Notes: generated from the sequence alone by a model not told the origin. Shown: positions 27,501 to 38,673, numbered from the whole stretch's first letter. The stretch is 63,773 bases of DNA, filler included, from 3 parts of 3 records of this genome joined end to end with filler, not necessarily neighbours in it; one strand, 5' to 3'. Made by a program: numbers and translations.

Positions 27501-30500
27501 CTGGCTGCGCAGCGCCACAAACGAGCTGCCCGGCGAAAACGCCCTGCGGGCCTGGCTCAAAGAGTATCTGCCCGAGTACATGCTGCCTGCCCGATTTGCA
27601 GTAATCGACGAGTTTCCACTAATGCCGAGCGGCAAAGTCGATCGCAAATCCCTGGCGCGGCGCGTACCGCCCGCCCTGCAGGCGGCTGAAAATGCTGCTT
27701 CGAGCGCAACAGCTGCTGCTACTTCAGTTTCTGCCTCCACGGCAGCACCCGTCTTTGACGACGGCAAACTTGAAACTGCGATCCGCGAAATCTGGAGCGA
27801 ACTGCTGCCGGACACCAATCCCGGCCCGGACGACAACTTCTTTGAAATCGGTGGGCACTCGCTGCTCGTGGTGCGTGTACACGCACTTCTGGTTGAGCGA
27901 TTAAGCACTGATATTCCGGTCGTTGATCTCTTCCGTTTTCCAACCGTGCGCGGCCTGGCACGTCACCTGCGCGGCCTGACAAAAGTTGAATCGCCCGCTG
28001 CGGTCTCGCAACCGGCACCAAAACAGCACACGGGCGAAGACATTGCCATTATCGCGATGAGTGCGCGCTTTCCCAAAGCGTCCAACGTGCAGGAATTCTG
28101 GGAAAATATCCGCGCCGGCCGCGACTGCATCGGCCATTTTTCAGCTGAAGAACTGATGGGGCAGGGCCTGCCGCGCGAATACGTTGAAGATGACGCTTTT
28201 GTGCCCGCCAAAGGCGTGATTCCCGACGCTGATATGTTCGATGCCGACTTCTTTGGCATGACGCCACTCGAAGCGCGCCTGATGGCACCACACCACCGCC
28301 TTTTCCTGGAAGTAGTCTGGGAGTGTCTCGAGTCCGGCGCGTATGCCGCCGCCGACGGCCGCGAGCGGATTGGTGTTTTTGCCGGTGGCGGTTACAACAC
28401 CTATCAGAAATTCATCCTGGATGCGCAGCCTGAACTGCGCGCCGCAGTCGGCGATATCCAGTACGGCATGGGTAATGAAAAGGACTTCCTGGCAACCTTT
28501 GCTTCTTACAAGCTCAACCTGCGCGGCCCGAGTATAAACGTGCAAAACGCCTGTTCCACTTCGCTGGTGGCGCTGCATCTGGCCTGCCGCGCGCTGCAAA
28601 ATGGCGATGCCGAAGTGGCGCTGGCCGGAGGAGCAACCGTTCACGCGCCGCTGCTCAGCGGATACCGCCACGAAGAAGGCATGATTTATTCGCCGGATGG
28701 CCACTGCAGGCCTTTCAGCGATCAGGCCGCCGGAACGGTCGGTAGCGACGGCGTTGTGGCCGTGCTGCTCAAACCACTCAGCAAAGCCCTCGCCGACGGC
28801 GACACAATTCACGCCGTCGTCAAAGGTTCCGCCGTCAACAATGACGGCCACGCCAAAGTTGGTTTTACGGCTCCCGGCGTTGACGGCCAGGCTGCCGTGA
28901 TTGCCGCGGCTCTGCACGATGCCCGCCTGCAGCCCAAAGACATCGATTTTGTAGAAACCCACGGGACGGCAACCGTTCTGGGCGATCCGATCGAGATTGC
29001 TGCGCTCAATAAAGTTTACGGTGGCCAAGTAGATAAAAATCAAGGTGTTGCGCTGGCTTCAGTCAAGTCAAATATCGGGCATACGGACACCGCTGCCGGC
29101 CTTGCCGGCGTCGTTAAAACCGTCATGGCACTCAAACATGCGCAGCTGCCGCCCAGCCTGCATTATGCCAAACCCAACCCCAAAATTGACTTCGCACAAA
29201 CGCCGTTTTACGTCAACACCGAGCTGCGGGAGTGGACCAGCGCTGCAGATAGACCGCGCTGCGCCGGCGTCTCCAGTTTTGGAATCGGCGGAACCAATGC
29301 ACATGTGATCCTGCAGGAGTTCCAAAGCCGCAAGACCCCGGAAAACGCGGCGGCCTCGGCTACGCCGTGGCCGCGTCCGCGCGCGCTCGACTTCATGCTC
29401 TCAGCCCGCACGCCGCAAGCCCTCAATGCCATGCGCGCGGAGCTGGCCGGCCATCTGGAGGCCCACAGCCAGGATTCGCTCTACGACATAGCCGCCAGCC
29501 TCGCCGGCGGCCGCCGCCGCTACGACGAACGTTGGACCGCGCGCGCCGCCTCCCACACAGAATTGATAGAACTGCTGCGCCGCCAGGATAACGCCGGCGC
29601 ACTGCACGTGCGCGAAGCGCGCAACGCCCGCCCGCTAATATTCATGTTCTCCGGCCAGGGCTCACAACACGCCGGAATGGCGCGCGCGCTGTACGCCGAA
29701 GATCCGGACTTCCGCGCCCTGATCGACAAACAGGCCGAGCCGGTCAACACACACCTGCGCCGCGCCGATGCGCAGCAGGCCGACATTCGCGAGCTGCTCT
29801 TTCCCGAACCCGAAAAAGCCGAGGCCGCTCAATCAGCGCTCATGCAAACGGCAATTGCGCAGCCCGCCCTGTTCATGGTTGAATATGCGCTGGCGCAGCG
29901 GCTGATTGACTGGGGCATGCAGCCGGCGGCGCTCGTGGGGCACAGCATCGGATTGTACTGCGCGGCAGTGCTCGCCGGTGTGATGTCACTCGAAGATGCG
30001 CTCTTGCTGGTAGTTGAGCGCGGCAGGCTGATGCAGTCGATGGCTGCCGGTTCGATGTTGACGGTCATGCTTCCGGCCCGCGAAGTCGCAAAACAGCCGC
30101 TCTTCCGCGAACGTGATCAGCTGGCGATTGCGGCGATCAACACACCCGAAACCTGCGTGCTTTCCGGCCCGGCCGAAGCACTTGCCGCCATCAAAAATGC
30201 CCTGAGTGATGAAGGTGTTGAATGTCGCTCGCTGCACACCTCACACGCTTTCCATTCGCCGATGATGTGGTCTGCGGCGGAGCAGTTCCGCGCTGCAGTT
30301 GCCAAGGTCAAGATGCATGCGCCGCGGATTCCGATTCTGCTGGATTCAGCGGCGGAATGGCTGGATGTGGCGACGGCGCAGCGTGCCGAAACCTGGTCGT
30401 CACATCTGCTGCAGACTGTGCAGTTTAGCGACTGCCTGGCTAAATTGTTCGAAAACCAGGATGCGATACTGCTTGAGGTTGGCCCCGGTAATGCGCTGAA

Positions 30501-32718
30501 ATCATTGGCGTTGAGGCATTCATCTCGTCTGGATTCGATCGAAGTGTTACACTGCCTGCCACATCCGCGCAATGCTGACGCCGATGCTGCAGCACACCTG
30601 CGCGGCGTACTTGCACACCTCTGGTGCGCAGGCGCCGATCTCAATTGGTTTGCGGTGCTTGCGAATGCAAAACGCGTGCCGCTGCCGACCTATCCCTTTG
30701 AGCGCATTCGTCACTGGGCCGACTCAAAAACAGGCGCCGGTACAAACAAGAAAACCACCCTGACGATGCCTGCTCAGGAGCAAACCACGCCGTCCGCCCA
30801 GGCATTTTTTGAACGGACCGATAACATTTCTGAATGGATGTGGCGTCCCGACTGGGAGCGTCTGCCTGAGATTGAGCGCGAAACAGGTCAAGCCGCGAAA
30901 AGCGAGATTGTCTACCTCTGTGAAGCCGGTGACCACGACGCGGATGCCATCTTCCTGCGAGAGTCCCTGCGTGCAGATGCAAACAACAATATCCTGCAGT
31001 TTCACGGCACGGCATCGCAGCCGCAACAGATTGGCGATAGCCTTAAGTTGATGGACGAAGCGGCTTTACAGGCACGACTGGAGGCACTCACAACGCCACC
31101 GGGAATGTTCATTTATGCACTGCTTTTGGGCCAGACTGCGCGTGCTCCGATTGCCGATGCAGAAGAGCGACGCATCCGTGCATTCCACCAGCTGCATATG
31201 CTGGCGCGTGTGATCGATAGATTGGGCTGGAGTCAGCCGATCCAGATTACTGTGCTGACGCAGAATCGCTACAATCTGCTTGGAACCGAAGAAATAGAGC
31301 CGGATCACGCTCTGAGCAGTGGACCGCTTAAAGTTGTACCGCAGGAGCTGCCGAACGTAACGTGCTCCCTGATAGACCTGGAAAAAGGTGAGCAGTCGAT
31401 ACAGAAAGCCAGGCTGGAACTCTTGCACCCGCGCGCGGAACAGATTCTGGTTCTGCGTGGCAAATACGCCTGGAGGCCGCTGTGGCATCAGCTTGAACGA
31501 TCGTTTGCTGATTATGCTGTGAGCGCGGGTGACGGCGGCACATCGACCTACCTGATTACCGGTGGTTTTGGCGCGATGGGGCAGGCTTTTGGCGCTTTGC
31601 TGGCCGCGAAGTATCAGGCGCAAATTGTGCTTTTAAGCCGCAGGAAGTTTCCGGAACGCAGTGAGTGGGCTACGATTGACGGACAAAATGGACATCGCGA
31701 TATAGCTGAGCAGATTGCCGAGATAAAACGGTGGGAATCGCTGGGCGCAACGGTCATGGTCTTGCAGGCGGATGTTTCGAGTGAGTCTGACCTGGATGCA
31801 GCGCTCGAAAAAGTAGAACGATCGTTCGGTAATCCGACCGGTGTTATTCACACGGCCGGCGTTCCCGGTGGTCGCGCGCTGGCACTGCAAACACAGGCAG
31901 AAGCTGAGCTGGTTTTTGCACCCAAGTTGGATGGTACACTCAAGCTCATGCAGGTAATGGCTGCCAGGCAGCTGAAGCCGAAGTTCCTGGCGATTTGTTC
32001 TTCGATGGCCGCACAGTTGGGCGGATTTGGCCAAATGGCATATGCCGCAGCCAATGAGTGGCAGAATGCCTTTGCGCAGTCCCTGGCACCAGGTGAGCAC
32101 GGCACGACACGCGTGATAACATTGGACTGGGGGCAGTGGGGTGAAGGTGGGATGGCCGCCAATGCTGATGTTCCACAGGAGTTTCGCTCGCAGCTGGAGG
32201 AAGCCCTGAGCCGTGGTATCCGTTCTGAAGAGGGGGCTGAAGCCATGCTCCAGGCTGTGGCGAGTGGCGCTGAGCAGTTGGTGGTAAATCCCTACGATTG
32301 GCGTCCGCTGCTGGACGTTAAAGATGTACTGGAAGGGACCGCCGCGGTTCCGCCGGCCGCCGCGGTTGCTTCCGCAGCTGACGGCGTTTCCGATAGACCT
32401 GCCTTGCGCACGGCCTACGCGGCACCCGAAGGAGAGATTGAACTTGCTGTGGCGGCGACCTGGACCGAACTCCTGGGTGTCAATGATATTGGCCGCGACG
32501 ATGACTTCTTTGAACTGGGCGGACACTCGCTGCTGGCAACACGTGTGGTAACACGCCTGCGCGAGCACTACGAAATTGAGATTACGCTTGGTCAGTTTTT
32601 TGATGCTCCCACGATTGCGGGACTGGCGCATACCATCCACGTGGCACAACAGGCCCGGCTGCTGCAGGCTCCGCTGATTGAAGATGCCGACGAAGAATAC
32701 GAGGAGGGCGAACTTTGA
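24502..32718 (+). CDS. Hybrid NRPS-PKS: T-C-A-T-KS-AT-KR-T
   Basis: T FFNLGGHS; C HHIISDGWS; A YTSGSTGRPKS..YGPTE..YRTGD; T FFEIGGHS; KS NACSTS/ETHGT/NIGH; AT GQGSQ, GHSIG, HAFHS (malonyl-type); KR TGGFGAMG..YAAAN; T FFELGGHS; C-terminal EEGEL docking motif. Confidence 0.95.
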   Translation: MAELHQQSVTVARELRSIWCDLLHRRSVDDSDTFFNLGGHSMLAMRMAARAEKQFNCKLELSEVFDFPVFKDLVNLIVERTLEEGGPSNENILPAERPADIPLSFAQQRMWFLDQLGADPASYIMSGALILRGKLDVEALSSAIRIVGRRHEVLRTTFYSKSGSPYQKIHSAPLCNLEVHQLLSGTHADKVAESKQLLRSGAVEAFDLAEGPLMRARLYILNDGEAHLLISMHHIISDGWSIGVLFGELFKIYHAFAAGDGQIELDPLAIQYADFSLWQRDYLQGEVLENQLQYWRKQLGDIPSQPILPTDRPRPDVLTFSGRQIRVALDADLAAHLRGVEQYGVSPFMFLLAAHSLVLQRMCGLPDLVVGTVIANRTRTELEPLIGFFVNTLAMRLRSRPGQTFRQYLESVRYVCYDAYAHQELPFERLVEDLKPSRDPAFTPIFQTLLTFNNTAADGMNLTGLEVEQHEIDLGVAKFELTVNCVDDGKGFVLHGEYNTALFDESTVSSLLQRLENCMRQVFDNIDVPLDEISMRSAAEIAQINALNQLHVTRGDAVFFDHIFAGQAAAQPDAIAVHDARREWTYAEINTRANAVANTLLERGAQVEDCIAMGLPRSGEAVISLIAIMRAGCCYLPIDLSHPAARISYMLQDSQARFIITPDADETFAAAELQAYADKCLPISDLLASENLDTPQVHRHLLNLAYSIYTSGSTGRPKSVLLTHEGLGNLLKQGEDVMPLTPDDRVHFRFSMVFDASIWMLTKALSSGARLYLSDQNDDLPGSTLSNYLREHAITVITLTPSMAAITPAENLPDLRMLGLGAEEVTAEVAQRWMSPGRLLFNVYGPTEVTVCSTACPIELTRGRLPIGTPFKHLQVFVVDGAMNQTPVGVDGELLIGGVGLARAYGNNPQLSALSFIPNPFVTPDGSSAGERLYRTGDRVRRLVDGSIEFRGRIDESQVKVRGFRIELGGIEAQLRQHPEVSQAAVVLRTAENGEASIVAWLRSATNELPGENALRAWLKEYLPEYMLPARFAVIDEFPLMPSGKVDRKSLARRVPPALQAAENAASSATAAATSVSASTAAPVFDDGKLETAIREIWSELLPDTNPGPDDNFFEIGGHSLLVVRVHALLVERLSTDIPVVDLFRFPTVRGLARHLRGLTKVESPAAVSQPAPKQHTGEDIAIIAMSARFPKASNVQEFWENIRAGRDCIGHFSAEELMGQGLPREYVEDDAFVPAKGVIPDADMFDADFFGMTPLEARLMAPHHRLFLEVVWECLESGAYAAADGRERIGVFAGGGYNTYQKFILDAQPELRAAVGDIQYGMGNEKDFLATFASYKLNLRGPSINVQNACSTSLVALHLACRALQNGDAEVALAGGATVHAPLLSGYRHEEGMIYSPDGHCRPFSDQAAGTVGSDGVVAVLLKPLSKALADGDTIHAVVKGSAVNNDGHAKVGFTAPGVDGQAAVIAAALHDARLQPKDIDFVETHGTATVLGDPIEIAALNKVYGGQVDKNQGVALASVKSNIGHTDTAAGLAGVVKTVMALKHAQLPPSLHYAKPNPKIDFAQTPFYVNTELREWTSAADRPRCAGVSSFGIGGTNAHVILQEFQSRKTPENAAASATPWPRPRALDFMLSARTPQALNAMRAELAGHLEAHSQDSLYDIAASLAGGRRRYDERWTARAASHTELIELLRRQDNAGALHVREARNARPLIFMFSGQGSQHAGMARALYAEDPDFRALIDKQAEPVNTHLRRADAQQADIRELLFPEPEKAEAAQSALMQTAIAQPALFMVEYALAQRLIDWGMQPAALVGHSIGLYCAAVLAGVMSLEDALLLVVERGRLMQSMAAGSMLTVMLPAREVAKQPLFRERDQLAIAAINTPETCVLSGPAEALAAIKNALSDEGVECRSLHTSHAFHSPMMWSAAEQFRAAVAKVKMHAPRIPILLDSAAEWLDVATAQRAETWSSHLLQTVQFSDCLAKLFENQDAILLEVGPGNALKSLALRHSSRLDSIEVLHCLPHPRNADADAAAHLRGVLAHLWCAGADLNWFAVLANAKRVPLPTYPFERIRHWADSKTGAGTNKKTTLTMPAQEQTTPSAQAFFERTDNISEWMWRPDWERLPEIERETGQAAKSEIVYLCEAGDHDADAIFLRESLRADANNNILQFHGTASQPQQIGDSLKLMDEAALQARLEALTTPPGMFIYALLLGQTARAPIADAEERRIRAFHQLHMLARVIDRLGWSQPIQITVLTQNRYNLLGTEEIEPDHALSSGPLKVVPQELPNVTCSLIDLEKGEQSIQKARLELLHPRAEQILVLRGKYAWRPLWHQLERSFADYAVSAGDGGTSTYLITGGFGAMGQAFGALLAAKYQAQIVLLSRRKFPERSEWATIDGQNGHRDIAEQIAEIKRWESLGATVMVLQADVSSESDLDAALEKVERSFGNPTGVIHTAGVPGGRALALQTQAEAELVFAPKLDGTLKLMQVMAARQLKPKFLAICSSMAAQLGGFGQMAYAAANEWQNAFAQSLAPGEHGTTRVITLDWGQWGEGGMAANADVPQEFRSQLEEALSRGIRSEEGAEAMLQAVASGAEQLVVNPYDWRPLLDVKDVLEGTAAVPPAAAVASAADGVSDRPALRTAYAAPEGEIELAVAATWTELLGVNDIGRDDDFFELGGHSLLATRVVTRLREHYEIEITLGQFFDAPTIAGLAHTIHVAQQARLLQAPLIEDADEEYEEGEL

Positions 32719-35700
32719 GCGCCGCCGGCAGCACCGATACCATTCTGCAGATTTTAGCCGCCGCCCGCGAAGCGGGAATTGACCTGTGGCTGGAAGACAA
32801 TAAGCTGCGTTTCCGCGCTCCCAAGGGAGCCCTGACGCCCACTTTGCGTGCGCAGCTACGTGAATACAAGCCGCAGTTGATTGAATATCTGGCAGAGCAG
32901 GAAGTCTTTGCCGCACCTGCCGCCAAACCACAGGCGGCCATTCCGCGTGCCGACCGCAGCGGCCATCTGCCACTGAGCCGTTCGCAGCTGCGTTTGTGGT
33001 TGGTCGATCGCATGCAGCCGGGCCGTCCTCACTACAATGAAGTGCTTGCCGGACGTGTATTCGGCAAGATTGATTTTGAGAAGATGCGCGCTGCAGCGGA
33101 GTTTATGGCGCAGCGGCATGAAATTCTGCGAACGACGTTTGAGCATAGTGATGGTGAAGTGCGTCAGCACATTCATGCTTCACTGCCGCCGCAGATCGTG
33201 TATCACGACCTGCGTGACTGGCCGACGCGCCTGCGTGAGGCTGAACTGGACCGCATGATGGACCGTCTGTGCATGCAGCCATTTGAGCTTGACAAAGGGC
33301 CGTTGCACCGCATTCACCTCGTGCAGCTGGATGAGGAAGAGCATTTGATGGTGCATGTGCTGCACCACATCATCTGTGACGCCTGGTCCACCTTGATTTA
33401 CCTGCGTGAGTTGGCTGCGGCCTACTCGGCTTTGCGTGTCGCTCAGGAGCCACAGTTGCCGGCGCTGCCCATGCAGTTTGCCGATTATGCGCTGTGGCTG
33501 GAACGCCGGCTGCAGGCCGGAGAATTTGATGATCAGCTGAAATTCTGGCGCGCTGAGTTGGACGGACTGCCACCGGTGATGCCCATGCCTCTGGACCGGC
33601 CCCGCGGTCAGGCGCAGGCCGACGCCGGAGGAGAGAGCGTCAACTTTAGATTGGGTGAAAACGAGCGGCGCGATCTGGAGACACTTGCGCGTTCGCGGCA
33701 GGCAACGCCGTTTATGGCGCTGCTGGCAGTCTGGGCCGGTTATCTGAATCGCTGGAGTGGGGCTGAGGACTTTGCAATTGGCACACCTGTGGCGAACCGC
33801 TCGCTGCCGGAACTGCAGGGGCAGATTGGCTTCTACGTGAACACCTTGCCGCTGCGCATTCGCACGCAGGCAAATCCGGCATTGACGGAGTTGATTGACA
33901 GGATACGCAGCAGCTCAATGATGTCTGTGCGCAACCAGGATGTGCCCTTTGATCAGCTGGTAGCTGAGCTGGCCCCGGAGCGCAACGCCACACATCCACC
34001 CATTTTTCAGGTGATGTTCATCTACGAAGAGGAAGCGCCGGACGACCATCTGATTGATGACCTGCGCCTTGAGCTGTATCCCTACAAATTGCCGGTCGCC
34101 AAGTTCGACCTGAGCCTGGTAGCCGTGCCATTGCATGGTGGTTATCACTGTTATCTGGAGTTTGACCGCAATCTGTTTGACCGCGATCACGCCGAGCAGA
34201 TGGCTGCCGATTTCACGGCATTTGTGCGTGCTACACTTGCGGCTTCGACTGAACCGATCGGCCAAATCGACTTTGGGGATAGTCAGCGTGCGGAGGATTT
34301 ACAGCGCGTCCTGGACGGCAAGACACGTCCACTACCGGCCGCCGAAACGATCGTTTCGCTCTTCAGAAAACAGGTCGAAAAAACTCCCGCTGCAGTCGCC
34401 TTACGCATTGAAAATCAACAGCTTAGTTATGCTGAGCTGGATGCACAGTCCAACCGGGTTGCGCACGCTCTGGCACGTCAGGGTGTTGGCTGTAATTCCG
34501 TGGTTGGTCTGGCGTTTGTCGGCGGTTCTGAAACGGTGATAGGCGCGCTTGGCATTCTGAAATGCGGCGCGGCTTACATGCCGCTGGATCCCGGCTATCC
34601 TGCCGCGCGGCGTGACGTGATGTTGCAGCGTGCAGACGTCAAGTGCATTCTGTGTCTGCGCAGCACGGCTGCAAGTGCGCAGGATGTTGACGGACTAAAA
34701 ATCGTTTGTATAGATGACCTGCCCAAGGATTTGCCGGTGACAGCTCCGGACCTGCCGGTGTATGCACATGCGCGCGCCCACGTGATTTTCACGTCCGGTT
34801 CGACAGGTGAACCCAAAGGTGTGGCAATCACACATGCCAATGTGATTCGTTTTGTGCTGGACAGTCGCATGGCGGACGTCAGGCCCGCAGACGTATTCCT
34901 GCAGTTTGCCGCACCGGCATTTGACCTTTCTACTTTTGAGATGTGGACGCCGCTTGTGCATGGCGCTTCTCTGGCCTGCCTGCCGGAGCCGGATCACAGT
35001 CTTGAGAATTTGGGGCGCTTGATTCGCCTGCATGGCGTCAGTATCCTATGGCTCACGGCCGGATTGTATCATGCCGCTATCGATGAAGATTTGCCTGCAT
35101 TGCTGCTGCTGCGGCGTCTGCTGGCCGGCGGGGAAGCGCTCGCGCCAGATAAGACCGCCAAATTACGTGCGCGCTTCAGCGGTGACCTGGTGGACGGTTA
35201 TGGTCCAACTGAAAACTGTGTTTTTACAAGCATGTACAGCATTCCGGCCGATTTTGACGGTGCGCGCAGTGTGCCGATTGGAACCCCACTGGATAACTCA
35301 CCACTGTACGTGCTCAATGACAAGCTTGTCAGGCAACGCCCCGGCGTGATCGGGACCTTGTACGCCGGCGGTGCGGGTGTGGCGCAGTCATATGTTGGGC
35401 GTCCGGCTCTGACGGCCGAGCGTTTTATACCGGACCCTTTCAGTGACATTCCCGGTGCGCGCATGTACAATACCGGCGATCGCGTGCGCTTGCTGCGCAG
35501 CGGTCAGCTGGAGTTTCACGGCCGGGCCGACCGTCAGGTAAAGCTGCGCGGTTTCCGCATTGAGCCTGCCGACATTGAGTTGCAGTTGCGCAAACATCCG
35601 GCGATTCAAAAGATTCACGTAGCTGTGCCGGACGGCGCGCAGCAGCTGGCTGCCTGGTTTGTAGCCGCCGATGACTTTGTGGGCGACGAAGCCACCCTGC

Positions 35701-38237
35701 TCGATAGCGTGGGCAAATTTGCCGAGTCAAAACTGCCGGGTTATTTGCGTCCTGCCGTGTGGCTGCGCGTGGAGCAGATGCCGCTTACAACAAACGGCAA
35801 ACTGGATGTAAACAAGTTACCTGCTGCATTTGAGGGCGCAGGAGATGATGACTCGCGTCCGGCAAATGCACTGGAGGAACGCCTCTGGCAGATTTGGTCT
35901 GAGCTGCTGGGGCAGAATGAGTTTGGTGTCGAGACTTCGTTTTTTGTCCTGGGCGGGCAGTCGCTCAAGGCAATGCAGATGGCGACGCGTCTTGAGCGCA
36001 GGGGCATCAAAGGTTTCACCGTGCGCCTGCTGTTTGACTATCCGACTATCCGGCTGCTGGCTGAGCAGTTGGAAGATGAAACTGTTGAAGTCGTTACCGA
36101 TCGTTCGGTTATTGGCGACACATCGCAGAAGTCTCTGGAATCTGGCGGTATTACTCCTTCGGCTTTTGATTCCGATCTTGCGCTTTCTTATCCGGCCTCA
36201 TTTGCCCAGCAGCGCCTTTGGCTTTTACAAAAACTTAGCGCCTCTTCGGCCTACAACGTACCCCTGATGTTGCGAAGTTCTGCGCGACTCGATGCGCAGC
36301 TGCTCAAGACGTCTCTGGGACAATTGATGCGGCGCCATGCAGTGCTGCGGACACAGTTGAGTGCAATTGATGCACTGCCGCAGCAAACTGTGCTGCCGGC
36401 AGCAGACTGTCAATTGCCGTTTGAAATCTTGGACCTGAGTGCCAAGCCAAATGCCGCAACAGAACTGGAGTACCTGGCGCTCGAACACAGCCACCTTGTA
36501 TTTGACCTGGCTAAGGCCCCTTTGTGGAAGTGCACTCTGGTGTGCCTGCCTGAAGGCTGGGATGTTCTGCTGTTGACGGTGCATCACGTCATCATCGACG
36601 CGGGTTCGGCGCGGGTTGTACTGAACGATCTGGCCGAACTGTATTCCGCCGGCCTGGGAGGCCGCGAGACACACTTGACGGCGCTAACAACGAGTTTTGC
36701 TGAATTTGCGCAGCAGGAAAACCAGAAGGCCGCTGCAGGACGGTACGCGAAACACCTTGAATTTTGGTCTGAGCATCTGCAGGGCGCACCGCCGCTGCTG
36801 GATTTGCCCTATGACTTCGTACGCCCAGCGAACCCGCAGTGGAATGCAGGATACGTGAACCGGCGTATCAGCGCCAAATTGTTTGCGCGTCTGGAAGAAG
36901 TTGCCCAGCGTGAAGGCACAACAACATACATGCTGCTTCTGGCAGCTTATGTGATTCTGCTGCAAAAACACGGCCGTGCGGATAACCTGGTCCTTGGAAC
37001 GCCATTTGCGCAGCATGTGGATGAAGACTACGCCAATGTCGCCGGTTATTTTGTTAACACGTTGCCTTTGCACTTCAGAATCGATTCGCGTCAGAGCTGT
37101 CGCGAATGGCTGCATGAAGTTCGCAGGGTGGCGCTCGAAGCATTTGAGCATGCTGCAGTTCCGCTGGACCTGATTGTCGATCGCGTGCAGCCCGAACGCA
37201 GTCGCAGCCACACACCACTGTTCCAAACGCTGTTTGCCGTCCAGCCACATGTTGCTGATACACTAAAATTCGGTGATGATGTCGTTGAAGTCCGGCCCGG
37301 CGGAGAACGTGCCGCAAAGTTTGATCTGACGCTGGATATTCGGCCACATGGATCTGAATGGGATGCCGAGTTTGAATTCGCTGCCGAACTGTTTGAAGAA
37401 GCGACCGTTGTGTTGTTTGCCGAGCGTTATCTGTTCCTTCTGCAAGAGCTGGCGGAGCTGCCCGCCGGCACGGACAATGTTCAGTCCAACAACCGCACAA
37501 ATGGTCCGGCGGCCGACGCAAGCCAGATTTCCGGCAGTTTTGCCACTAAACGACCCACCAAACGGCTTTCAGATCTGCGGCTGGAGGCTGAGATAATTTC
37601 AGCGGCCGGGACGGACACACATTATTCGACGGCAGTGCCGCTGTTCGAACAGTTTGCGCGCCGTGCCGCCGAGCAGCCGCAGGCAATTGCGCTAAGTTTT
37701 GAGGGGCGGCAGCAGACCTATGCAGACTTGCACGCTGCAGCCGGCAGCATAGCCGCGGCGCTGCATAACGAAATTACTGTTGCTCAGGCGAACTCAGCTC
37801 CGGGCAATCCTGAAGCGCGAATCGGCATCCTGTTTGAGCGTGGCCTGGAATTGCCCGCCGCCATAGTGGGCACACATATGGCGGGAGCGGCTTACGTTCC
37901 GCTTGATCCGGCCTACCCGGCTGAGCGCCTGGCGCATATGGCCGAAGCTGCCGAGCTGACCTTGATACTCTGCGGACCCGGTGTGCAGGCGCACGATTAT
38001 GGTGTTGCGACGCTCAGCTATGACGCTGCGCTGGAGCGTGCGACCACCTTAACATTTGAGCCGCGCAGGCCATTGCCGGACTCGCTGGCTTATATCATTT
38101 TTACTTCGGGGTCTACCGGCAAACCCAAGGGGGTGGGAATTACTCATGCGAACTGCACACGTTTGTTTGCTGCGACTGACCCACTGTATGGCTTTGATTC
38201 TTCCGACGTCTGGACGCTGTTTCACTCATATGCTTTT
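32715..38237 (+). CDS. NRPS: TubC-type N-docking domain-C-A-T-C-A, truncated at contig end
   Basis: N-terminal GIDLWLEDNKLRFRAPKGALT..LREYKPQLIEYL; C HHIICDAWS; A FTSGSTGEPKGV; T FFVLGGQS; C HHVIIDAGS; A FTSGSTGKPKGV..DVWTLFHSYAF (Thr-type). The TTG start overlaps the previous stop. Confidence 0.95.
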
Positions 38238-38337
38238 NNNNNNNNNNNNNNNNNNNNNNNNNNNNNNNNNNNNNNNNNNNNTTAATTAATTAANNNNNNN
38301 NNNNNNNNNNNNNNNNNNNNNNNNNNNNNNNNNNNNN
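38238..38337. other. Artificial contig-joining linker
   Basis: N44-TTAATTAATTAA-N44. Confidence 0.98.
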
Positions 38338-38586
38338 AAGATTGACGATACGCCCCCCATACTGGTCGGCCCAGATACCCAAAAACAGTCGCGACAAGGA
38401 TCCTGTGAGGATCGGTGTGCCGACGAGCAGTCCGAACTGGGTTTCAGAGAGCCCGAGTTCCTTCTGAATCTGCAATCCGAGGATGGCAAATATGGTCCAG
38501 ACGGCAAAACATGCTGTGAAGGCAACAGTGGTGAGCCCCAACGCACGATTGGCGCCCTTTGCGGGCATTGAGATCGAAAGTGGCAT
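38338..38586 (-). CDS. narK: Nitrate/nitrite MFS transporter, N-terminal fragment (3' truncated)
   Basis: TVAFTACFAVWTIFAILG..LGLSETQFGLLVGTPILTGSLSRLFLGIWADQYGGR is the NarK N-terminal signature. Confidence 0.88.
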
Positions 38587-38659
38587 TAGATGGCCCCCCG
38601 TTCGGGCGAAAGTTCTCTGCTAGGAGATCCACGCTTGTCATTTGGGGGGCAGACGCGCC

Positions 38660-38673
38660 TTGATATTTGTAAA
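38660..38673. promoter_or_regulatory. FNR/DNR-type box upstream of narK
   Basis: C-TTGAT-ATTT-GTAAA-G, ~75 nt upstream of the narK ATG. Confidence 0.55.
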
